A stretch of DNA of 54,670 nt, the filler included, from Jimgerdemannia flammicorona (lineage: Eukaryota): the NCBI GenBank assembly GCA_003990765.1. It is 3 parts of 3 records of this genome, joined end to end, with 100 filler letters (N's around TTAATTAATTAA, not from the genome) between each part and the next. Parts side by side here need not be neighbours in the genome. Positions count along the whole stretch, not along the records: positions 18,260 to 36,415 come from RBNJ01002282.1; 2 more parts are not named here. One strand, given 5' to 3'. The notes beneath the pieces were generated by a model. It made no database searches. It was not told the origin of the DNA and was given only the letters and a program-made list of their open reading frames with translations. How positions within the stretch are numbered: the first letter of the stretch is position 1; the number at the start of each line of letters is the position of its first letter. Made by a program: the position numbers and the translations under genes. Shown here in pieces: positions 21,800-32,803 of the stretch.

Positions 21800-24705
21800 T
21801 GTATAATTTATATAATTATATGAAAAGTATAGCTATAAAAATCTCTCAGATATAATGATCTCTCATTTGTACAAATTTTACAGATATACTAATCTCTTGA
21901 TTGTATAAAATAACTTATAGAAAAAGAAGTCTTAACTTAGTTACTATATAGCTAATAAAGATATATAAATATCTCTAGTATTTAGAGTAAATAAATCTCA
22001 GATCAAAGTAGTTTAAGTAAAGAGATAAGAAACTAGTAAGTCTGCAGATAGATATATTTTAAACTTACTTATTTCTATATCTGAGAACTCTAAGACATCA
22101 AAGAAAATCAAGTATTCAAGATAAAGAAATCTGCTAATATATATCTACTATATTACAACTTAGTGTCTATTAGCTAGTGATTTAAGATAAATATCTCACT
22201 TTTAAGCTAAGTAATAAATAACTACTATTACTCAAATATATACTTAAATTGAACAAGATATTCAGATAAGATAAATATAAGACTACTAATATTTTATAGA
22301 TATATATATCTCTGATAAATGAATAATTATCTTCTTTAATAATTTTAAGTAATATACTACTATAAGAACTCTATCAGTATAACAATAAGTAGCTTTAATA
22401 CTATTTAGTCTCTAAGAATCAGTAAGAGCTATATTTATAATAATAATCTATATTAGAATTGATAATGCTATAATACTAGTAGTATAAAAGATCTAGTTAT
22501 GAATTACCTACTATATAGATAAAATCAAACAGACTCTAAAGAACTAACTCAATAGTATCAGTTAAGAAATAAATAAAAATCCAAACACCTTCTATATCCA
22601 AATCTGCTATCAGATAATCTTGGTTAATTATGTATACTAATACTATCAAAGATCAAATAGCCAAAATAATCTTTATAAAAAGAATTTATATAGAGATAGC
22701 TATAGCAATCTGATTAATATTAATAGTCCTGAACTTAGTACAGAAGGTAACTTATGCTTAGCAATATTAGATAGCCAGATACTCTCAAGACTATATAATA
22801 AAGAAAGTTACAAAAGTTAGAATTAAAGTATTTAAGGTGACTAGTATAATTTCTATAACTATAATTAATTGAAATATATCTCAACTAAAGACTACAGAGC
22901 AGTAGAGGAATAGTGATCTTATGGAGAAACTTATTAAGAAGTTTGCTAAAATAACTACTCATCTGAGAGATATAGTGAAGAAAATCAGAAAAAGAGATTA
23001 TTATCTAGTTTAGAAGTTACTACTACTATAAATAAGAAGAGAAAAATCTGCTATATATATAAAGAAAAAGAACACTCTTATAAATATATAAGTGAGACTA
23101 AGTATATGATCCAACTAAGCAATACTATCAGAAACTATAAATAGATTAATACTATTATCTTCAAAGAGATTGAAGATTTAGAGAAAGAGGAAGAATGGAA
23201 AGCCTATTCAGCTCTTATCTTCAAGAAGGATATTTGCTAGAAACTCTATAAAAGGCCATCAGAAAGACCTAAAATAAAAGCAGTAGAATAGTCTATAGAA
23301 GAACAGACAGAAGTATCTACAGAAATTGAAACTACAGCTGAGAAAATGAATTAAAATATAGAGCTCAAATAAGTAGTTGAAGATATCATCTAAGACAATA
23401 CTTCTGCCAGTGAAGAGAAAAAAGAGAAATAGCTATAAAAGAGTAAGACCTTTAAATATAATATCTTCAAGGATCTCAGCTAGTTAAAAGTTAAGTAATC
23501 TTTAGACAGTTGATAGAAATTCTCACCTTCAGACAATAAATGAGATAGAAGTAGTCAAGAATCAAGAGTGGAAAATAGTTGAGGCCAACAATATATAGAA
23601 GAATTCAGGTGAAAAAAGTGAAAAAGATAACTACAAGATCTCTGCCTATACTATCTATCAGATTGAGGATAGGATCTTTGAAGCTATCATTAATATAAAA
23701 GTATAAAAATACCTTCTCAGCAAGAAAGCTATAAACTGTCTAGATTAAAAAATTGAAGAAGCTATAAAATTGATATTTGTCACAGCTAGTGCTCTCAATG
23801 AATCGAATTGAATCGAATTTGGCCCAAACTCAATTCAATTTGATCGAATCAAGGGTCTAATTCAATTTGATTTAAATCAAATCAAAGGTCTAATTCAATT
23901 CGAAGTTCAATTTGAACCTTAATTTTCAAAATGTAATAACTCAACGAAAACTCATCCAAATTTAACATATTTTAGCTTGTTAGATTTACTGTATTAATGT
24001 GATTCTAACAAGCTAAAGTACATTAGATTTGGATGAGTTTACGCTGAGTTATTACATTTTGAAATTTAGGGTTCAAATCAGACCCTCAATTCAATTTGAC
24101 TTTTGATTTGATTCAAATTGATTCAAATTGAAAAATCCCCAATTCAATTCAACTCGTTTAACCCTCAATTCAATTCGATTCAAATTGATTCCACTCATTT
24201 GGGAGCACTAGTCACAGCAGATTGTATAAGAGCTATCTCTCTGGAAAAGATTCAGAATATCTCCATCAAGTTCAGAGGAGCAATCATTCCAGTAGATATG
24301 ATTATTACAAATACTATCAAATATATATATCATCCTCATTGGTAACCAGTAGCTTCACAAAGCTAAGACTATAATTGATATAAACTTCTGGAAGATACAG
24401 ATTGTTTACTGAGGACAAAAGATGTGAATTTCCATTAATGTTAACAAAGAAGAACTCCCTGAGATAGAGAAAGAAGCCAGTGTATAAGAAGAAGCCTACA
24501 TGGTAACTACTTAAAAGAAGAAGAAGAAGGTCAGAAGAAAACTGATGTAAGAAGAATGCTGAAGGATATGCCCCTCAATGGAATTTTAAATATACTATAT
24601 GAAGCATATAGATGAGTACTAACCAAGATCCACAAGATTCATTACAAGAAGAAGGAAAGAAGACAGAAACAGCAAGAAAAAGAAGACCAGGAGGATGAAC
24701 CACAA
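21800..24705 (+). mobile_element. Highly degenerate Ty3/Gypsy relic (candidate LTR ~21800-22157, gag with eroded knuckle, protease), interrupted by a MITE
   Basis: SAYTIYQIEDRIFEAII...(MITE)...ISIKFRGAIIPVDMII..YILIGNQ matches the protease at 30180-30520. Eroded CYI(C)KEK(G)H near 23050. TGT...TTACA followed by ACTTAG (decayed TGG). Confidence 0.65.
23787..24210. mobile_element. hAT-type MITE, 424 bp, with 8-bp TSD
   Basis: TIRs TAGTGCTCTCAA / TTGGGAGCACTA. TSD GTCACAGC at 23779-23786 and 24211-24218. Subterminal AATCGAATT/AATTCAATT repeats. Confidence 0.9.
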
Positions 24706-25591
24706 GGCAACCGTTTCGAGACTCAACATGCGGTTTATCGGCATGTCTAAAGTCCTGGCGTCAAACAAACAAAACCGAACGTAAATTGCGTCGGTTTCTG
24801 GGTCTGATTTTGGGCGAGGTCAATCAATAGGGACGTCGAAATCGTCGTCAAGAATCGGGCTCCGTTTCTGACCAACAACAAATATCTTCGTTTGACTGGC
24901 ACATCTAAGGAAGTGCCAATTCATGCTATCCAGTTCTTATGATATGGAATTCCGTAGGTTTCAACTTTATAGATTCCCACGCTTCCGGCCCACAGCTGCA
25001 ACCTTCCTACCTTCCGGTTCCCTGTACTTTTTGAGGGATCCAGCTAGAGATGTTTGATGAACGAGATGCCCTCGGAAACCAGGACATCTAATTTATACAT
25101 ATATACATTCCTATCTGGGGTAGCAAAAATACATATACACTCTTTGCGGCCAATGAACTGAATACCCTGATGCTGGTGGAACGTTACTTTTTTATTTGGA
25201 CTTGGTGACATGAGGGTTCAGATAGGAAGTCGTGAAGTTTGATCCACAGTTCATTTATAATCGCACTTCAAAGAAAACGCATTTCACATCCGCTCATCAC
25301 AAAGCCAAATTGCGGAAACGTAATCTCTACGATGTCAAGGCTGACAGCTTTTTAAAATTGATGGAAGAATGTACCTCAATGGACCTACTGTCTCTGAGTA
25401 CCTTGGCCAGCCGAGAGAGGAATTAGAAAACTTCAAAGCCTACTTTGGGATGGCCTTCCTCAATTTCAGACATGTGCGACAACGTCCTGTGATGACGCTG
25501 CATTCGTCGAGAATGCTCTCGAAACCAAAATTGGACAGTGCGACTTGATATCGAATTGGATCACAGCTTTCGACAAGCGACTCCAGGAATT

Positions 25592-25592
<1 letters not shown>

Positions 25593-25635
<43 letters not shown>
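25593..25635 (+). repeat. Isolated poly(A) tract (43 nt)
   Basis: Pure A run in otherwise CpG-rich unique sequence. Confidence 0.9.
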
Positions 25636-25636
<1 letters not shown>

Positions 25637-26366
25637 AAAAGGGATGATTGAGGAGCACTTGAAGGCCGACGTAACCGCAAAAGTATATTCGCGAAAATAC
25701 GAGATGCTGGACACTGAGCAATAATCGCAGCACCCGTTGGTGTAATCGGCTTTCTCACGCTCCGTGGAGCCGTAACAATGGCATCCACGTCCACGGCATC
25801 CGCGGGATCCGCCGGTTACTGTGTTGATCGTGACACCGCAAGGTTTGTTATCATTTTAGACCCATCTATTTGTTGCAAAAACTGTTCACCACGATATTTA
25901 ACATGACTGTTAACATTACCAACCAAATGCAAACCAACATCAATGTCCTGCAGCCCTTGATCGACAAACTAGATTTATTGTGCAGTGATATTAAGCCTTT
26001 CGGTCCGTTTTGGAACACGAAAATACCGTTGTTCGTTAATGTCAAGAACTCGTCGAATGGCAAGAAAGGATAAAAAGCCCGAGGGAGAAGTGTGAAGCCA
26101 AACGACCACGAGTATTACCGTTCCACTTTTTCTAACCATTGTGAATTGCATTTGCCACTGAAATGGAGTTCATTCCAAACGCCTGACAGAAACCGAAGAG
26201 AAGCGATTGCTGGAATACGCACAAAAATTTTCGACTTGACTTTTTTTGTCGTTTCGAATTTTCGAGAACCACTTTTTTCTGTTCTTTAGATCTATCTCTT
26301 CTTTGACGCACTGAACATTTCAATCCGATACAAATCACATTCCTTCCACCCTCCCCTTGCGACACC

Positions 26367-28319
26367 TCATAACCCGGCACCTTGGGCCCAGACGTTGTCA
26401 GCGTTGGCGCCAGGTATGTCGTTCTGTGTCCACCACTTTGCGGTCCAGGTTTGGCCGTTGTAAGACACAACGGAGCCGCCAGTGTAGGCCGTTGCAGAAT
26501 TCCAAGGAGAAACCGCGCTGCCACCGCCAGTGCTGCCGCCACCCGTGGCATCTTGGCTCCAGACATTGCCGGCGTTGGCGCCAGGGATGTCGTTCTGTGT
26601 CCACCACTTGGCGGTCCAGGTGGAGCCATTGTACGTGACGACGGCGCCACCGTTGTAGGCCGTCGAAGGATCCCAGGCAACCGCCCCACCACCACCACCA
26701 CCACCACCACCACCACCACCACGAGCAGGACCTGCCCCACCACCACCAGCGGGACCCCCCTCGGCGGCACCCCCCTTAATATTATCATACATGCTCCGGG
26801 GGTACTCCAAGTGATTTTCCGATTCCTCCACTCTTCTACCCAACCGTTCAAACACGGCATTTAAAAGACTCCTCCCATGCGAGCCCTTATGATCCGCGGA
26901 CAACTCCCACCACATAACTCCGCCGAGCCCCTTCTCCGAGGCGTAAGCGGCCTTGCGTGACACGACCTCGACCGTGTCGTACGTGACTAGCTCGCGTTTT
27001 ACGGAGTCGTAACTCCATGATGCCACCAGCTGGTCGTCGAAATGCTCCTGCGCGCCAGGCTGAGGGAGGGCCTTGTAGTCGTACACGCCCTTCTCCCAGG
27101 ATCCTTGTGGGGTGTCGGAGAACGGGTGCCCTATCCCAGAGGTGTTGCAGAACCCGCGGCCGTACATCGGGAGGCCAAGAACGAGCTTGTGCGCGGGGAC
27201 TCCGGCGTTAAGGTAGGCGTTGACTGCCGCGTCGGTCGAGAGCTTACCGCCGTAGAGGTTCGATTGGTGACCCGAGGTTTGATCCCACGAGCCCTGGGGA
27301 GTTTGGGGACGTTAAGGTATTAGGATGAACTCGTTCCATGTTACTCACGTTCGCACCCCTCCCCCGAAACATATGCATCACTACTGAGACGGGAGAGAAA
27401 TCGCGTCGCAACTCACCGCATAATCGTAGCTCATCAGATACAAATGGTTGCACAACCGCCCCATATCCGCCAGGTTCAGGAGGCTATAGTTCTGCGGGCC
27501 GCACGGCATGGCCGCCGTGAGCAGGTAGTCATGCTGGCTTTTTGCCGCCGCGGACCCGTCCAGCGCCGCACGGAGATCTCGGAGGAGTCGTACGTAATCT
27601 GCGGCCTCGGCAGGAGTCTTGGGGTATTCCCAGTCGATATCTAGAGGGTGGGGTTTGGCGACATGAGATTTATTTTACTTTATTTTTGGCAACAGAATAA
27701 AAAAAGAATTGAAAAGAGAAGGAAAGACGAACCGAGTCCGTCAAGCCCGAGATCGTTGAGAAGTTGCATGGAGCTCTCGACGAATTTACGACGGCCGGCC
27801 TCGGTGGCGGCCACACCGGCGAAATTGGTGCTGAACGTCCAACCGCCAATGCTGAGCTGGACCTTGAGGTGGCGGTGACGCTTTTTGAGCTGGAAGAGCT
27901 GTTTGAAGTTGCCGTAGAGGTTTGTGCCCGAGTCACTCCACGAGTCTGCGACGCCATCTACGGTCTGCTCGGCGGGGAAGTGTTTCTCGAGGTCGGAGAA
28001 TGTGTCCTGGGGAATAGAGGGAAGAGGGAATGAGGCGGCTGGGAGAGGGAGGGGAAAGAGAGAGAAAGAATAAAGGGAATACCAACGGAGAGGAAGACAG
28101 TGCCGTCTGGGTTGAGGTTGGCGAAGGCGTAGAGGATGTGGGAAAGTTTGGCGACGTCTTGGATTAAGTCGACTACGTTGTGCCCGCGTGCATAGATACC
28201 CCTGTGTAGAAGGATGGGGTGAGACACAAGACGGAAAAGGCAAGAGGGGAGGATAAAGAAAAACAAATTGGGTACCAGTTCACAAAGTATCCAGCAACAA
28301 TAGGGGAGGTGTGAGCCAT
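26367..28319 (-). CDS. GH18 chitinase (fungal subgroup A/class V-like), 527 aa, with Gly-rich linker and two C-terminal CBM5/12 chitin-binding domains; exons 28319-28276, 28201-28087, 28006-27733, 27640-27417, 27293-26367
   Basis: The spliced frame is intact across four GT-AG introns: [22 protein letters not shown]...[15 protein letters not shown], catalytic [37 protein letters not shown]. Two [33 protein letters not shown] repeats follow. Confidence 0.96.
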
Positions 28320-28489
28320 GGTTCGACGGAAGTGTGTGTTGAATGGGAGTGGTGGCGTCGTGGACGAGCAAGTCGAGGATGACGCGACTTAACCCTATTT
28401 GGCCAGGGCGTAAAGTTCTCCACAAAACATGTGTATACACAATTACGGTTGGCCGTTGCGGCAATTTGCCAAAGGCTAGTAGGAGGCCA

Positions 28490-30665
28490 GTCCAAGGAAG
28501 GTATGGACTTTTGTAGTTGTTCTGGGTCTTGAGTAGCCTCAATCTTCATAGGGTCCATATGAATTCCAGTGGTGATTTCCTGAGCTGCAAACTTGCACTT
28601 CTTGGGCTTGATGTAGAGGCCATGCTCTTTGAGCTTCTGGAGAGCTAGCTGTATGTGGCTGACATATTCCCATGTATTGCTGAAGATGATCATATCATCA
28701 ACATAGATAAAGAGCTATTTTCCAATTTCATTGCTGAAGACTCTATTTATTATTCACTGAAAACTTACTAAGATATTACATATTCCAAATAGTATTCATA
28801 GGTAGATATAGATGGCATCAGGTATGATGAAGGCTGATTTCTCACTGATATCTTGAGTGAGACCAATCTGATGAAAGCCTAAGAACAGATCCAAGGTGGT
28901 GTAGTATTTGGCTTCACTTCTAAGAATGGTAAGAATTTTTTGAATATTTGATAAGAGCTACTTATCTTTTTTAGTAATTATATTGAGCTTCCTGTAATCA
29001 ACACAGAATCTTGGGGTGAACTCTCCAGACTTGCTTTCTTTCTTTCAGATGAGAACAATGGGTAAAGCCCAGGAGCTAATAGCTTGCTTGATAATATCAT
29101 TTTTTTCTATTTTCTTAAGTTCTACTTATAGCTATTCTCTATAGTCAAGTGATATAGATCTAGCTTTCTGATAGTTGGCTTGGTATCACTGGTGTCAACT
29201 TCATAGTAGTACTTGGGTTCTTGATTGTAGATATCTCTGAAGTCTGTGGCAAGTACTTCTTCATTCTAGTATAGAATTTTGAAAAGTTGTTCTTCTAGAG
29301 AAAAGTTTTCTTTGTATGCTTGTCCTGATTCTTGTCTTTCTTGTGCTCAAGTTTGGTAATCTTGGTGGCAGTATAGGCTCCTCTTCCAGTAGATCCAAAG
29401 TCTTGTTTTTCTCTCTTAGTTTTGATAAGTTCAATGGCTTTAGTGATCTTAGGCTTCTTAACTTTATGGATCAGTATCTGGCCAATCCTATCAAGCTTCT
29501 TGACTTTGAATAGAGTGGTGGGGTTGTGATTCCTGACTATAAGGAAGATCTCACCAGTGTAATCAAGATTAATGACTCCTCCTTCAACTGAGATTTCACT
29601 CTTGGTCAGACTGCTCTTGGTCTTAATAATTCCAGTATAGTTCTCTGGTAACTTGACTCCAATTCTAGTGTTAAGTAGAGTAGTTGTCTGTAGTTCAAAA
29701 ATAGTATCTTAAATACTAGCAAGATCTATTCCTATAGCTTTTTCAGTCTTATATTCTAGGATCTTAGCTTCAGAGTAAAACTTCTTGATCTTGAGAGTAA
29801 TATCTAGTTCTTATTCCTCCTTATCATTACTATCAGCTTGAAGCTCTGGGGGCTGGTTATCTTCTTTAGTTTTTTTTTTAGCTTCAGCAGCTTCTTGCTT
29901 ATATCTTTATTGATAGATTTTTCTAACTTTGCTAATATAGGACCAGCAGTCATTCAGGTGTTCAGAGCAGTCCATCCTAGCATTATGGAGGTATCTTTCT
30001 TAAGGAGCATAGCCATTGATGATCTTGTTATACTACTGCTCATCTGTAAGCTTAGTTGTCTTACTCTTGTTCTTATATACTGAGTATATGAAGACTTCTA
30101 TATCCTCTTCATATTCTTCCTCTATGTCTAATAGTACTCCTTTATAAACATTGATAGAGACTTATATCTTTCTTTCTCTATAGTTGATCTGCATCTTCTG
30201 AATATTGAGGTCAATAATAGCATTAGTCTTGTAAAGCCATTGATTACCAATGTGAATATCATAGTTGGTAGTACTTATAACAATCACATCTACTGAGATG
30301 ATAGCTCCTCTAATCTTAATGGAGACTTCTCAGATCTTATCTACAAAGGTAGCTTGTATACTATCTACTATGATATAAATCATTTTGGTAGATTCTTCAA
30401 TATCTCAGCCTAGGCAGTCAATTGTCTTCTTGCTTATGAGATATTCTTCAGCACTAGTATCAATAATAGTATCAAAGATATAATCTTCAATTTGATATTG
30501 GATATAGGCTGAGGTCTTGCACTGATCTTCAGATTCTTCACCTGAGTCTTCTTGTTTATCTTTCTGTATATTGTGAGCTTCTATAATCTTGTACTCTTAG
30601 TTCTTGACAGTGGTTGTAAGTTCTGCTCTCAACTGTTATATGAGATTGCTTTTTTCTCTGGTAAT
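28490..30665 (-). mobile_element. Degenerate Ty3/Gypsy pol fragment: protease, dUTPase, RT
   Basis: Protease IFDTIIDTSAEEYLIS (~30440-30490). RT SWALPIVLI...[29 protein letters not shown] (28520-29100). Confidence 0.85.
29470..29800 (-). pseudogene. dUTPase domain between protease and RT
   Basis: LKIKKFYSEAKI..KTEKAIGIDLAS...GVKLPENYTGIIKTKSSL..SVEGGVINLDYTGEI...DRIGQILI. Confidence 0.85.
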
Positions 30666-30730
30666 ATTCAGGTTACACAATCTTTTGGCAACACTTTCGA
30701 CACAGTTTCTGGAGACAAGCTACTAGTATC

Positions 30731-32772
30731 ATGGCTACCGATGAGAATCCTGAGGTGTGTACTGGGCAGGGTGGCCCTGGAGCATTTGGATGGTAGTATG
30801 TGGGGAGAGGACCTGGCTTGGGGGGAAGCATAAGGGGCCTGCTGGCGGGAGGACATGGTGGAGGAGGAGGCAGGGCTGGAGGGCAAGGGTCTGCTGGTGA
30901 CAATGGGGGAAGATCCAGGTTCCCGAGCTTCGTGGACAAGGTCAAGGGGAGTGGGTGGCCAGCTGATAATAGGGCTGGTGCTGCTGAGGGGAAGGGCAAG
31001 GCAAGCCTAGGGAGGGGGGGTGGTGCTCTGGCTGGGAGTGCAGGAGTAGGGGCTGGAGGGGCGGTGGCTGGGGGTGTGACTATTGATGGGGCGTGATGGG
31101 GAATCAGGAAAAAAAAAGAGATGTAATGGCTGATGGCCAGGTGGGGCAGGGGGTCCCGATGTGGAAGGGGGACCTGGCCGATGGTGTTACGGGGCTGGCG
31201 GTGGCACCGTTACTCAAGAAGTCAATCTCGGAGTTTGCGGTGACTCTGTGCTTCCGAGGCTTAGGGGTGATGGTGAGGATGGTCTTGGGACTTATCTCGA
31301 AGCAGGTGGCTAGGGCAGCTTTAGTGAAATTCCTGAAGGGTTTGGAGGGAGTTGAGGTGGGCTTTGAGGAGGCAGGCCCACTGGAAGAGGCACTGAGGGC
31401 AGGAGTGGCAGTTGGTGAGGTGGTGGTCCCCATTGTATGCTGTTTGAGGTGGGACCCCAGGGTGGTGCAGCTGCTGGTGAAGGGGGTGCCCACAGTGACG
31501 AAGGAGGAGATAAGGAGGAGGGTAGAGGAGGTGATGGCGAAGTATGGAGATGTGGTGGATATTGGCTTCCAGGTGTGGGAGGGGATGACGATCAGGACTG
31601 GTGATGTTGATGTCAGGATTCGGCTGGCAGGGAGGGAGGCCACAGGGAAGGCTGGTGACTGGCCCTCAGTATTGATGTGGGGGGCCTTCATTTGTAAGGT
31701 GTTGAGGGTGAAGGGGAGTGAGGAGGAGGAGGAGGATTTGTTGGAGGCATTGGAGGAGATGAGTGGTACAGTGGAGCGGCGGGCAAAGGCCTGGAAGCTT
31801 TATGAGGAGTCGACGCACTTGGAGATTGTGGAGGGGAAGCGTATCCGCACTGACAAGAGGCAGTGGGAGCAGGCTCAGGGGTGCTTGAGACAGAGGGAGC
31901 TCTTGGCGAGTATGACTGGAGGAGAGAAGAGGAAGGTTGATGGGGCTGAAGAGTCTGGAGGCATCAAAGCCAGTGTATGGACTAGCAAAGGCGGCAAGGA
32001 GCCAGTGGTGACAGAAGAATGGGCTGTGAAGGTACTGAACAGGGATCCCTATACAGATGGTACTTTCGAGGTCTGGGAGAAGGAGTCAGATGGTACCCCC
32101 CCCCCACTTATCAGGAGGGGCCCGGTGGGGTGGAGAGGGGCAGCGGAAGATGTACCGATGAAGGGGGCCCAGCGGGTTACCTTTGGGGTCCCAGATGTGG
32201 TGAAAGGGGGCCAGGTGGTGGCTGTTGGTGAGGACGAGCTGGTGGATGTCCCAGAAGAGAAGTGGAATGAGGATGCCAGTGTGGGTGTGGATACTATGAT
32301 ACTGGATGCAGGGCGGCCAGAGACCCCTGGAGGGAAGGAGATTGGGAATCTGCTGTGGATGAGCAAGGTGATGGATAACCTTGCAGCTGAGGAGTTGGGG
32401 GAAGTGGATCTGAGGGTTATGCCAGAGGAGCACTGGGCATGGATTCTGCGAGGTGAGGGAGTGGTGGAGGCACTGCAGATGGAGATTCTTACAATACTGC
32501 TGGAGGAAGAGGGTTATGAGGTGGATGAGGTGAGGAAGGTGGAGCTGGTGGTTGTTGTGGGTGAGCGGGTGGCCTACTGTTGGGCAGAACGCCATGGTTT
32601 GCAGTTCTGGCAGGAGGCCTGTAGGGAGTATAGGGAGGACTTTGAGGAGAAAGAGGATGGGGCAATGGTTGAACTTCTGGGGGGATTGGAGGCACAGGGA
32701 ACTGAGAGGAAGGAATGGGCTACAGGACACGACTTGGATTTGGCACAGGTGGACTTGAGTGCGGATTTGTAG
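30731..32772 (+). pseudogene. LINE ORF1 (Gly-rich N-terminus, RRM-like core, acidic C-terminus)
   Basis: ATG at 30731 (MATDENPEV). The Gly-rich segment 30800..31096 joins the 559-aa ORF 31093..32772 across an A-run indel and stops. Confidence 0.85.
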
Positions 32773-32803
32773 AGGAGAGGTTTAATCTTTAACAATATTC
32801 CTC

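Noticed and set aside
23800..24200. Short AATTC/GAATC repeats as a CRISPR array or telomeric repeat
   Set aside because: There is no constant repeat-spacer periodicity. They are subterminal repeats of a TIR element with an 8-bp TSD.
25440..25794. Poly-Phe ORFs on the minus strand
   Set aside because: They are produced by the poly(A) tract.
26132..26864. Alternative-frame ORFs over the chitinase 3' exon (poly-Val, poly-Thr)
   Set aside because: They are shadows of the GC-rich Gly linker and CBM repeats.
31100..31125. Programmed ribosomal frameshift at the A-run in LINE ORF1
   Set aside because: Copy 2 would need -1 and copy 3 (~38910) +1. This fits independent homopolymer slippage better.
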